Assembly: GCF_001186125.1 (NCBI RefSeq) | Contig: NW_014039708.1 | Span: forward strand, 1 to 37,876 | Reading direction: 5' to 3' | Source: Sphaeroforma arctica JP610 | Lineage: Eukaryota | DNA: 37,876 nt | Shown here: in pieces, positions 26,001 to 37,829 of the stretch | Layout of the letters: each line of letters starts with the position of its first letter | Position numbering within the stretch: the stretch's first letter is position 1 | Program-made: the position numbers and the translations under genes | The notes under the pieces: generated by a model | The model's input: only the letters and a program-made list of their open reading frames with translations | Databases searched by the model: none | Told to the model about the DNA's origin: nothing

Positions 26001-29000
26001 GTTCTATTTGTATGTGACATGGTTTGCAATAGCAACACGGCCTGACATGTCGAGCTTCGTATGTCATGGTTTGTGTGTACGCTACAACAGGTTTGCATGT
26101 ATGACTGACCTAAGCTCAATGTCGCTTACTGTTCCCTTCACTCGTTTCTGCACTCAAGAATCTCTCATATTTATACCTACACACGCACTGCCTATTGACC
26201 AACTCTTTCACGTCGCTTACTCTTCCCTTCACTCATTTCTGCACTCAAGATTCTCTCATATATATACCTACACATGCACTGTCTATAGATCGTCTGGTAG
26301 AGGCATATCATATCGTCTCTTCCCACTCGCAGATGTTCTTCAATTTTTTTTTCAATTTTTTTTTCCACTCAGAGATGGGACCACAGATGTGACGAGGACT
26401 GTGCACTTGGGTACACCCACTGAACGCGAACGAGACTGCTACACTCGAGTACTCAAGGGTATGTTCAATGCATGTCATGCTATGTAGCGACGTCTCTATG
26501 CTTGTACGTGCATGACATTCTACACTTATACGTGTATGTTATTCTACACCTGTACATGTATGTTATTCTACGCCTGTACATATATGTTATTCAACGCCTG
26601 TACGTGTGTGTCATTCTACACTTATACGTGGATGTTATTCTACGCCTGTACGTGCATGTCATTCTACACTTATACGTGGATGTTATTCTACGCCTGTACA
26701 TGTATGTTATTCTACGCCTGTACATGTATGTTATTCTACGCCTGTACGTGCATGTCATTCTACTCTTGTAAATGCGTGTCGTTCTATGCTTGTACGTACA
26801 GGTATGTCTATACTATGGTCATTGTAATTCACAGCTATCTATATCTTCGATGCCATTCTTGCTACCCTGTCGTATAGTGCTCGTTGGCATTCGTTCTGGT
26901 TATTTGTGGGTCGCGTAGACCGCCAAATGGCAACATACAATGTTATATTATTATTGTCCAATACTTATACATGTCTGTATGCCCGGCTTGACATGGCAAA
27001 ACAAACAACCACCCTTCGCCTTGCCTCCACACTTGTTCATTTGTCGTATACTGTCCGCTCCATGCCATTGCTTGTGCTTAGCTGCTGTTCATCTCCCGCC
27101 CCCCCTCCCTCACATACACACACATATAATATATATATATATATATTAATTTATATATACTTCTCGGGTGCCCACAGGTCACGTACAGCTGGCCATGGCT
27201 GTCTTCCCACATGGTACTCCAGGAATCATGCTCGACGCTCTCGCGCGAACACCGCTCTGGAGGGCTGGGTTGGACTATAGGTACAAACATGTCTCAGAAT
27301 GGAACTGCTTTATATTACTGTTTACATGTATGTGTACATATGTGTCTTCGTGCTTGAGAACAGGATAGGGCTGGGTTGGATTACAGATACACGTACTTAG
27401 TATGGTATTGCTTTATTGCTTGTCTATATGCGTTTGTGTATGTGCATCCCCGTGTCTAAATGTGGCAGCCAGCTGTTTGGGCATCTCACGGGTGTGTTTT
27501 CCCATGTTTAATGATTGCTGTCTATATGCGTTTGTGTATGTGCATCCCCGTGCTTAAGTGTGGCAGCCAGCTGTTTGGGCATCGCACCGGTGTGCTTGCC
27601 TATGTACAATGTCATAACAGACACACGCGGGTCGGACTTAGCCCTCTGCGTGTAAAAGTTGATGTATGGAGATGAGTGTTCATATATTTTGTAAAGTGGG
27701 GTTTTTTTGGATCCTCTTCGTTGTTCTCCTCTGTATTATGTCATTATTAAATTCATGTCGGAAATACTCCAAACGTCGTATTTACGTTTTATGTACACCT
27801 CAATTTGTCTGGAAAGGGCCGATTTGCACCGGAATAGCCTGTCTTAATCCCTCTTCACTTCGTATCGCAGACACGGCACAGGTCACGGGGTGGGGGCGTT
27901 CTTGAATGTACACGAAGGTACGTTACAATCTTCTGTGTTTATGTTGTTGCAGCTGTTAGAGTACGTTACAACCTCCTGTGTTGTACTGCTGTAGCTATTG
28001 TAACTGCCCACGGTTTGGGTTGACACCTCTATTGAGGTTGACTGTTATATCCAATCGTATGCCTGTTATATCCAATTTATTGTATGACTGTTGAATCCAT
28101 TCAGTTCAGTGCCTTTGTAGTGCTTGTCTGCTACGCAGACCACTGTAGCAGCGTCTCATATTTGAGTCACTTGCTCAGTAGGAGATGCTGAACAGTGAGC
28201 CTGTTACAGCAAGAAGAGCATGTTGTGTATACCACTATGTCAATCCACCAAACACCAATTGCTAGCCAAAGCATAAAGGTACGAAACACGTGTGTAGTGG
28301 AGAATGTTAGCACCCCATTCTAACTCCACCTGTTTTTTAGTTAGCGGTACATTCTGACTGCACCTGTTTTTAAGTTAGCGGTTCATTCAAACTGCACCTG
28401 TTTTTTTCCGGGTGGACTTGGACAGGTCCCCACTCCATCGCACCACGACCCGCATCGCAGATGACGCAGGTGCCGCTCGAAGAGGGCATGCTGGTATCAA
28501 ATGGTACGTGACAATGTCTGTAGTTACACCTGAGAGCCGACTCTTAAGCGGAATACTTATCTCTGACTGTGTTGGGTTGGATTATAGTGTGGTCATGATG
28601 TAACTTTCTCACGAGTGCTGCGGATGTATACACTCGCAGAGCCTGGATACTACGAGGATGGGGCGTTTGGCATTCGCATTGAGAACGTTGTGGCTGTCGT
28701 CAAGGCCCACACCGAACACCAATTTGGAGGTGTACAATACCTGACATTTAAGGACCTGACCATGGTGAGCGTATCCACGAGTGTGCCATGTACATGCACA
28801 ATCTGTATATGTAATATTCACAATATTCAATCCAAGCACTTGGTTATAGTACGGGTATCCACGAGTGTGCCCTGTACATTCACAATTTATTTATTTAATA
28901 TTCACAAAGTTCGATGTAAAGAACTTGACAAGTTCGATTCGAAGAACTTGACCATGGTGAGCATGTCCATGACTATATCATGCACATTCACAATCAGACG

Positions 29001-30340
29001 GCTTCAAAACACCAAAACACATTGGGATTGTTCTGTTTGTCATTCTGCTGTGTTTGTACATGAGAACTGGTGCCGATGCTTGCCAAACGAAAGGACATAT
29101 TTATTGAATTGTATCGCTTACAAGTACATCATTCATTGTGACGCCATCAGCTTGTCTTAACCTCCTTATGGGCTTTTATTCGTACAATGTCTTAACCTCC
29201 ATATGGGCTTTTATTCGTACAATGTCTTAACCTCCATATGGACTTTTATTCATACTACAGGCGCCCTACCAGCGACGATTAATCGATACATCACTCCTAT
29301 CGGTTGAGGAGATCGCTCACATCAACAACTACCATTGGACCATCTACGAGCAAGTATCGCCTCTTCTGAATGAACAGGTAACTATATATCGAACGATGAA
29401 CAGGTATTTAAATATAGATTGTTGAACGGGTAACTATATATTGAACGATGAACAGGTATTTAAATATAGAATGTTGAACAGGTAACTATATATAGAATGT
29501 CCCTCATCGGTGTATGTACAAGGTATGTATAGTTGGTATGAACTCTGATTAAAGTGTGGTGCACAGGTGCAGTGGTCACACAGTGTATTTGAGTCGATAG
29601 CAGTTCGCAGTACATTGCCACTGAACTTTCTACAGCAAGTATCAGCCACCTCTTATGACACACCAGGGGTCTGCCTTGAGAGGTCACATCACCTGTGCTA
29701 TACATAGTTGCCTAGCAGATACCAGTCAACTATTAAAGTTGAAGCAGTGCGCCTGTGGTGCTAGGTGCTACTTATCTACACAGCATTCCTTATCCACTGT
29801 GTTCTGGCCACTCGTCGGTTCCCTTTCTTCACGCACACCTGCGTTCTGCTCGCACAGTGTCCTCTGAGACGTTTGTGTAATCGTTGACATCTGTCTGAAT
29901 GTGCGTCTAAGACAGTCTTGGATGTGCTTCACATATCGTGGTTATATTCACTCGGCGGTTCGTCTCCACATTTGCCAGACAACCCTTGAGGAAATAACAA
30001 GTGCACACGCAGTTTTGCGTTGCAAACAATGTGATTGTACCGAACTCCCGGACTCTGCGTGCCCTCACAAGCACCAGTGTGCATGCAAGGCTACACGGTC
30101 TGCCTTAGTCTCAAAAGAATTTCTCACCTACATACATACACCTATCTATTTCTCGTCGTCTTGTGCTTCCCACATCTCACTTACCTTAGTTTCAACAGAA
30201 TCCCTCACCTAACTACATATACAAACCTATCTCTAGTCGTCTGGGCAGTTTTCTGCTCATCCCCTGTCACTCATACGTACGCGTTGCAGGGTAAGACGTG
30301 TGCTCTGATGTGGCTCAAAGAAGCCTGCCGACCATTGTAA
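20032..30340 (+). CDS. XPNPEP1: Xaa-Pro aminopeptidase 1 (cytosolic aminopeptidase P, M24B), about 601 aa, 15 exons
   Basis: Exons: 20032-20240, 20986-21217, 21973-22170, 22478-22561, 22938-23021, 24262-24385, 25123-25240, 25592-25741, 26373-26458, 27178-27280, 27871-27917, 28426-28503, 28640-28764, 29261-29377, 30290-30340. They sum to 1806 nt, all GT-AG and in frame. Motifs: [81 protein letters not shown] (metal ligands intact). No signal peptide. Confidence 0.95.
23110..23935. repeat. 28/30-bp minisatellite in XPNPEP1 intron 5 (about 28 copies, spans an N gap)
   Basis: Unit ATGTCTGTGGGTGACAGGTGGTTATAGT, with 30-bp GATTGATAGT variants. Confidence 0.95.
24080..24191. repeat. 23-bp minisatellite, about 5 copies
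   Basis: AGTACATCCACATACACTGTGTC repeated. Confidence 0.92.
26480..26800. repeat. 24-bp minisatellite in XPNPEP1 intron 9, about 13 copies
   Basis: TGTATGTTATTCTACGCCTGTACA and variants. It explains the periodic ORFs at 26472-26877. Confidence 0.92.
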
Positions 30341-30585
30341 TCCACGTTGTGGAGGGACCACAATGCACAAGTAAGCCCCTGGTTCGCACAGGGTATTAAA
30401 CACCTCACACCACTGTGATGATAGATTGAACCAAGCCGTTCACTGGGCTGGACCCGTAACTGGTACAAACCTAAAAAAGGGATTGGTAGAGTGGGGACTG
30501 TGGCTGGCAGCCTCGCGTACAGTCTTAGCGACCCCTGCTTCGCATATACTGCTGTTCCACTTAACTTGTACTGAATGGATTGGTG

Positions 30586-30591
30586 AATAAA
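30586..30591 (+). promoter_or_regulatory. Candidate polyadenylation signal of XPNPEP1
   Basis: AATAAA about 245 nt after the stop codon. Confidence 0.3.
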
Positions 30592-30763
30592 GCAAGTGTT
30601 TACCATCAATGAAAGCCTTATATTTTCATAATCATGTGGGACTCAATGGGAGCCTCATATTTTCATACTCATCTGGAACTGACACCTATTAATTTTCCCA
30701 CCTGCGGATGTTTTAGGGTTTTTGAAAATCTTTTGTCGCTTGGCAGGTCGATTTGTCAAGGGC

Positions 30764-33700
30764 TCACTGTCATAGTATACGTTCCCTGTCATAGTCCACG
30801 TTAACTGCCATAGTAACGTTAACTGACATAGTATATTTTAACTGCCATAGTATACGTTCACTGTCATAGCGATTTCGACTGTCATATTATACGTTTACAA
30901 TCATAGTAACGCTAACTGTCATAGCACACGTTCACTGTCATAGTACACGTTCACTGTTATATTAACGTTAACTGTCATAGCATACGTTCACTGTCATAGT
31001 AACGTTTACTATCATAGCATACGTGAACCGTCGTAGCATACGTCAACTGTCATAGTAACGTTAACTGACATAGTATATGTTAACTGCCATAGTATACGTT
31101 CAATGTCATAGCAACTTCAACTGTCATATTATACGTTCACTATCATGGTAAAATTTACTGTCATAGTATACGTTCACTGTCATGTAACTTTAACTGTTAA
31201 AGTATACGTTAACTGTCATATAAACGTTAATTGTCATAGTATACGTTAACTGTCACAGTATACGTTCAATGTCAAAGTATACGCTCAACTATATAGTACC
31301 TTTAACTGTCATAGTATACGTTGACTGTCATAGTTACTTCAACTGTCATAGTATACGTTCACCGTCATAGTATCGTTAGCTGTCATAGTGTACGTTGAGT
31401 GTCATAGTAACTTTATTCTGTCACAGTATACGTTGACTGTTATATTAACGTTAACTGTCATAGTATACATTCACTGTCATTTTAACTTTAACTGTCATAG
31501 TATACGTTCATTGTCATAGTATACGATTAACGTCATAGTAACTTCAAATGTCATAGTAAACGTTAACTGTCGTAGAATATTTTCTTGTCATAGCACACGT
31601 TAACTTTCATAGTAACGTTGGCTGTCATAGTGTACGTTGAGTGTCATAGTAACTGTAACCGTCATAGTATACGTTTACTGTTATACTATCGTTAACTGTA
31701 ATAGTATACATTCACTGTCATAGTAGCTTTAACTGTCATAGTATACGTTCACTGTCTTAGTATAAGATCACAGTCATAGTAACTTTAAATGTCATAGTAT
31801 ACACTTACCGTCATATTAACGTTAACGGTCATGGTATACGTTAACTGTCAAAGTAACGTTAATTGTCATAGTATACGTTAACTGACAGAGTAACGTTATC
31901 TGTCATAGTATACGTTGACTGTCATAGTAACTTTACCTGTCATAGTATACGTTGACTGTTATATTAACGTTAACTGTCATAGTATACATTCACTGTCGTA
32001 GTAAGTTTAACTGTCATAGTATTCGTTCACTGTCTTAGTTTACGATCACCGTCATAATAATTTTAAATGTCATAGTATACATTCACTGCCATAGTAACTT
32101 TGACTGCCATAGTATACGTTCACTGTCTTAGTATATGATCACCGTCAAAGTATCTTCAAATGTCATAGTATACATTTACTGTCATAGTATCGATAACTGT
32201 CATAGTATACGTTCACTTTCATAGTAACGTTAACTGTCATAGTAAACGTTAGCTGTAATAGTTTACATTGACTGTCATAGTAAACTATCTGTCGTAGTAT
32301 ACGTTGACTGATATATTAACGTTAACTGTCATAGTATACATTCACTGTCATAGAAAGTTAATCTGTCATAGGATACGTTCACTGTCTTAGTTTACGATCA
32401 CCGTCATAGTAATTTTAACTGTCATAGTATACATTCACTGCCATAGTAATTTTAACTGCCATAGTATACGTTCACTGTCTTAGTATACGATCACTGTCAT
32501 AGTATCTTCAAATGTCATTGTATACGTTTACTGTCATAGTAACGTTTACTGTCATAGTATACGTTGACTGATATATTAATGTTAACTGTCATAGTATACG
32601 TTCACCGACATAGTATTGTTAGGCGTCATAGTGTACGTTGAGTGTCATAGTAACTTTATTCTGTCATAGTATACGTTGACTGATATATTAACGTTAACTG
32701 TCATATTATACATTCACTGTCATTTTAACTTTAACTGTCATAGTATACGTTCACTGTCATAGTATACGATCACAGTCATAGTATACGTTGACTGTCATAG
32801 TAACTTTAACTGTCATAGTAACTTTAACTGTCATAGTATACGTTGACAGTTATTTTAACGTTAACCGTCATAGTAAACGTTAGCTGTAATAGTGTACATT
32901 AACTGTCATAGTAAACTATCTGTCGTAGTATACGTTGACTGCTATACTAACGTTAAATGTCACTGTATACATTCACTGTCATAGTATACGTTCACCGTCA
33001 TAGTACCGATACCCGTCATAGTGTACGTTGAGTGTCATAGTAACTTTATTCTGTCATAGTATACGTTGATTGATATATTAACGTTAACTGTCAAAGTATA
33101 CATTCACTGTCATTTTAACTTTAACTGTCATAGTAACTTTATCTGTCATTGTAATTTTAGCTGTCATAGTATACGTTGACTGTTATATTAACGTTAACTG
33201 TCATAGTATACATTCACTGTCATAGAAAGTTTAACTGTTATAGGATACGTTCACTGTCTTAGTTAACGATCACCGTCATAGTAATTTTAAATGTCATAGT
33301 ATACATTCACTGCCATAGTAATTTTAACTGCCATAGTATACGTTCACTGTCTTAGTATACGATCACTGTCATAGTATCTTCAAATGTCATTGTATACGTT
33401 TACTGTCATAGTAACGTTAACTGTCATAGTAACGTTAACTGTCATAGTAACGTTAACTGTCATAGTAACGTTAACTGTCGTAGTAAACGTTAGCTGTAAT
33501 AGTGTATATTGACAGTCATAGTAAACTATCTGTCGTAGTAGACGTTGACTGTTATACTAACGTTAACTGTCATAGTATACATTCACTGTAATAGTGAACG
33601 ATCATCGTCTTAGTGACTTCAAATGTCATAGTATACGTTTACTGTCATATAACGTTAACTGTCATAGTATATGTTAACTGTTTTATAATCGTTAACTGAC

Positions 33701-34001
33701 ATAGTATAGGTTAATTGTCATAGTATACGTTCGCTGTCATAGTATACGCTCAACTCGATAATAACATTATCTGTCATAGTATACGTTGACTGTCATAGTT
33801 ATTTTAACTGTCAGAGTATACATTTACTGTCATAGTAATTTTAACTGTCATACTATACGTTCACTGTCATAGTATACGATCACCGTTATAGTAACTTTAA
33901 ATGTCATAGTATACGTTTACTGACATATTAACGTCAACTGCCATAGTATTCGTTCACTGTCACATTCTACGTTCACTGTCATAGTATACGTTCACTGTCA
34001 T
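30764..34001. repeat. 3.2-kb satellite of alternating 19- and 18-bp monomers (about 175 units) with higher-order blocks
   Basis: Monomers ACTGTCATAGTATACGTTC and ACTGTCATAGTAACGTTA/ACTGTCATAGTAACTTTA run head-to-tail with no unique spacers. Confidence 0.97.
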
Positions 34002-34002
34002 G

Positions 34003-34949
34003 CTATTCTGTTTCGTCTTCAATCCTAGGGCACTCCAGCATGGAAACAAATAGGCATTCCTTACATCTAATCGGTATGCGTCCGAGATGTACCTATACCA
34101 TCTTACTGTGTAACTGTATATACTTAGAGTTATACTTAAAGTCCATGTCTCATCTCACTATATAGCTCTAAATATTAAATTTCATATCCCATCTTACTAT
34201 ATAATTATAGATACTTGAATTTCATATCCCATCTTACTATATAACTATGGATACATAAATTTCGTATCCCATCTTACTATATAACTATAGATACTTGAAT
34301 TTCATATCCCATCTTACTATATAATTATTGATACATAAATTTCGTATCCCATCTTATTATATAACTATAGATACTTAAATTTCATATCCCATCTTACTAT
34401 TTAACTATAGATACATGAATTTCGTAATCTTACTATATAACTATAGATACTTGAATTTCATATCCCATCTTACTATATAACTATAGATACTTGAATTTCG
34501 TATCCCATCTTACTATATAACTATAGATACTTGAATTTCATGTCCCATCTTACTAGATAACCCTATACATACGTAAAGCTCATATACCATCATACTATAT
34601 AACTCTATATATACTTTAACTGTACCGCATCGCAGAGTGTCCGAAGGACCGGACCATTCAGATACCCACCCATTGAGCGCCATAGCGCCCAATAGCTTAC
34701 TAAGAATTCGCCTGTGGGTTGTTCGCCTAACCGGGTGCACTGGAGAGGTCTGATCTCAAATACAAATAAACAAGTATCTCTGCGAGGCCATGGGTGCAAG
34801 GAACTGTCCAGTTCTCCGTAGATGTGAAGTATTGGTATTGGTACGCCATGTACATTCTGTTTGTACCTGTTTTGTTCAAGCACCTCGTAGCTTGTATATC
34901 TGTGGCATCCTACTTCATAAAGTTCACGTAGCCGGAAGGCTTGCGTCAT
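34003..34949 (-). CDS. Putative small or decayed gene of unknown function (about 137 aa in a two-exon model)
   Basis: ORF 34949-34626 ends CDA at a GTACAG donor. The intron is filled by the 40-bp satellite, with a TAG acceptor at 34095-34093. Exon 34092-34003 reads VHLGRIPIRCKECLFVSMLECPRIEDETE*. Both blocks are non-repetitive islands between satellites. No family recognised. Confidence 0.25.
34098..34615. repeat. 40-bp AT-rich minisatellite, about 12 copies
   Basis: ATCCCATCTTACTATATAACTATAGATACTTGAATTTCAT recurs at 40-bp spacing (34188, 34228, 34268, 34308, ...). Confidence 0.95.
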
Positions 34950-35019
34950 ACGTCACCGGTTATAACAGCTATGCCAAGTGATTTTTATGACAACATATGT
35001 GTCGTTATATATATTGTGT

Positions 35020-35160
35020 ATATTTGTATTTAATTATGTACATTAACATACTTGTATTTATTTATGTATATAAACATACTTGTATTCATTTATGTATATA
35101 AACATATTTGTATTCATTTATGTATATTAACATACTTGTATTCATTTATGTATATTAAGT
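35020..35160. repeat. 28-bp AT-rich minisatellite, about 5 copies
   Basis: TTGTATTCATTTATGTATATAAACATAC repeated. Confidence 0.9.
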
Positions 35161-35480
35161 ACTAGGTACCATGTTGTCAAGCTTGTTATGCGCATAGTAC
35201 AAATTCAAACCAGGAAGCAGACAAAACGATGAGTCATATCCAAAGCAGGTGCAGGCACTTCAAATAAAAGCAACGAACTGTTTTTTAAACCGTGATAGTT
35301 TACGAACCAATGGCATACATACAAAAAACATTCTCATACATACACCTGAACTCTTATACATTCATTGCAGATTCATTCACCCCACTCTGCTGATTGGTTA
35401 CCGCTAAGCCCTCAGATGCCTCGTTGCATCCAATTTGCCAGTCTGTGCGCCCACTTTCTCAGTGGGATGTCTAGTGCGTT

Positions 35481-35963
35481 ACAAGCGCAGTAATTCTACA
35501 ACAAGCGCACCAATTCTAAAACAAGCGCACTAATTCTACAACAAGCACAGTAATTCTACAGCAAGCGCAGTAATTTTACNNNNNNNNNNNNNNNNNNNNN
35601 NNNNNNNNNNNNNNNNNNNNNNNNNNNNNNNNNNNNNNNNNNNNNNNNNNNNNNNNNNNNNNNNNNNNNNNNNNNNNNNNNNNNNNNNNNNNNNNNNNNN
35701 NNNNNNNNNNNNNNNNNNNNNNNNNNNNNNNNNNNNNNNNNNNNNNNNNNNNNNNNNNNNNNNNNNNNNNNNNNNNNNNNNNNNNNNNNNNNNNNNNNNN
35801 NNNNNNNNNNNNNNNNNNNNNNNNNNNNNNNNNNNNNNNNNNNNNNNNAACAAGCGCAGTAATTCTACAACAAGCACAGTAATTCTACAACAAGCGCACT
35901 AATTCTACAACAAGAGCTCTAATTCTACAACAAGCGCACTAGTTCTACAACAAGCGCACTAAT
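35481..35963. repeat. 20-bp minisatellite spanning an N gap
   Basis: ACAAGCGCAGTAATTCTACA on both sides of gap 35580-35848. Confidence 0.92.
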
Positions 35964-36589
35964 CCGACATGTATCGCATCAACTCTACCATAGGCATGTC
36001 TTGCCCATGTCCATGACTGGTGGTGACAGTTCACTGCGCCTGGCGTATACAAAAAGACGAGCGAAAGACTCCGTGGGTGAAATGCATACAGCAGCTCATT
36101 TGCTGGTTACAACTAAACTGACACTGTGAGTACCCACGGGTCACTTTTTAAATAAGTTAAACAGATGGTTCCAACCGCGCTTAGGAGCCTGTGGCAACGT
36201 CCAACCTTTAACAACAGCGTTCACAACAAGTGAAGATTAATGATAACCACCGAGGAGACATGGGGGTGCAGCTGAACAGATACAGGGCTGTGTTGGTGGC
36301 TAGGCTACATTTTGATACACACGTTGGGCCATTTCTCGTGTGCTGATAGAGTACCTCTAGCATGCTGAATACACCACAGCCTATATACTGGTTACACACC
36401 TATACCACTACACCACTAATAATTCACATAGGCGTGCAATTGCTCAGAAAGTGCAATGCATCAGAATGGTATGGAACACTGGGCAATGAATATGGCCCCA
36501 GAGACATGCGGGCGCCCAAACGTCCAGCACGCGTCAAAAAAAACCATACAATGTGCACGTGTATGTAGAAGACACACAGGCTGCGCTAC

Positions 36590-36872
36590 CATACACAATA
36601 GTAACATGGCGTGAGTGCATGTACACATACACAATAATAACATGGCGTGGGTGCATGTGTACATACACAATAATAACATGGCGTGGGTGCATATACACAT
36701 ACACAATAATAACATGGCGTGAGTGCATGTACACATACACAATAATAACATGGCGTGGGTGCATATACACATACACAATAATAACATGGCGTGAGTGCAT
36801 GTACACATACACAATAAGAACATGGCGTGAGTGCGTGTACACATACACAAAAATAACATGGCGCGTGAGTGC
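36590..36872. repeat. 36-bp minisatellite, about 8 copies
   Basis: CATACACAATAATAACATGGCGTGAGTGCATGTACA repeated. It generates the 12-aa periodic ORFs at 36461-36948. Confidence 0.93.
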
Positions 36873-37490
36873 ATTTACGCTGGGTTGTCACTTCACGATC
36901 ACATATATCGAACGAAAACTTAGAAGTGTGATACATTTATTAGTATAACCCATACACATAGTCAGTCTATAGGCTTGTGATCAAGAACTACCTTTGGTGT
37001 GTGTCTGAAAAGGTTTGATGTGAAGTGCGCTCAAGTATCTAGTTGGTCTGAATGTTACTGTACTAGCACGCATACTCGTAGACTTTCAAAAGGGACGTAA
37101 GCAGAATCCAATCAGGTCAGACTGTATAATGTTACATTGAGTTTCTCAAGGTCTGGCTGTAAGTAAACTCAGTACTGGCAAGCATATGCACTTGGGAAGA
37201 CTATCTAAAGTGTACATGCATGTATGAACATATTAGTGGATTTACATGCCGTGATTTCACGCAATGTCTAACTTGAAATAATACTTCATGTTTTATACAT
37301 AGGTACGTATAGAATGTTGATCGAATGCCCCGTAGGGTTGCTAGGGTTTCCTACAATTTCTAACCCAGAGGAGAGAGTGGTTTTAACTTTTACTGCAGTT
37401 ATTTAGAAGTAAATATTACTCCTATAACATTGCAGTGTCCTACATGAACCGGTTCACACACGTTAGCGCCAGCAGTGAGACTGTGTTCCT

Positions 37491-37621
37491 ATAACACTGT
37501 GGCGTAGTACATGCGACAGATTCACACACGTAAGGGTTAGTAGGAGTACTGAACATTTTCATAAAACTGTGGCGTAGTACATGCGACAGATTCACACACG
37601 TAAGGGTTAGTAGGAGTACTG
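37491..37621. repeat. Direct repeat, 2 x about 60 bp with a 70-bp period
   Basis: ATAA.ACTGTGGCGTAGTACATGCGACAGATTCACACACGTAAGGGTTAGTAGGAGTACTG at 37491 and 37561. Confidence 0.92.
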
Positions 37622-37628
37622 TGTTCAG

Positions 37629-37829
37629 TGGGTCAATATGGGAGACACGAGAGAGGGTTTGGGTTTATCCGGTAGTCCCGAAGAACTCAGAGGAGATGTA
37701 GTAGCTAGTAAAGTGCCAGATATCGAGAAGAGGCTGAGTGCAGCTGCCAGCTTAGGCATCACGTCGGAACATCTAGACACAACAGAATGGTATGATGGTG
37801 AATCGCATCAATCTATCACCCTGCGTTAA
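37629..37829 (+). CDS. Possible terminal exon or small ORF of an unidentified gene
   Basis: A CAG acceptor at 37626-37628 is in frame with WVNMGDTREGLG...ITLR*. The sequence is purine-rich with protein-like composition. Upstream exons were not resolved. Confidence 0.25.
   Translation, partial: WVNMGDTREGLGLSGSPEELRGDVVASKVPDIEKRLSAAASLGITSEHLDTTEWYDGESHQSITLR

Noticed and set aside
25762..26487. 241-aa ORF as an independent gene
   Set aside because: It is mostly intron 8 of XPNPEP1. Only 26373-26458 (DGTTDVTRT...) is a real exon.
26472..26877. Repeat-protein ORFs (VILRLYMY / LFYACTCM)
   Set aside because: They are by-products of a 24-bp intronic minisatellite that is open in several frames.
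30764..34001. CRISPR-like array
   Set aside because: Units are contiguous 18/19-mers with no unique spacers, there are no cas genes, and the context is eukaryotic.
34800..34850. Alpha/beta-hydrolase call from PILHIYGELD
   Set aside because: This is a single short motif with no nucleophile elbow (GxSxG) or adequate length visible, so it is not enough to assign a function.
36461..36948. Overlapping 12-aa-repeat ORFs on both strands
   Set aside because: They are generated by the 36-bp minisatellite, with no evidence of coding.
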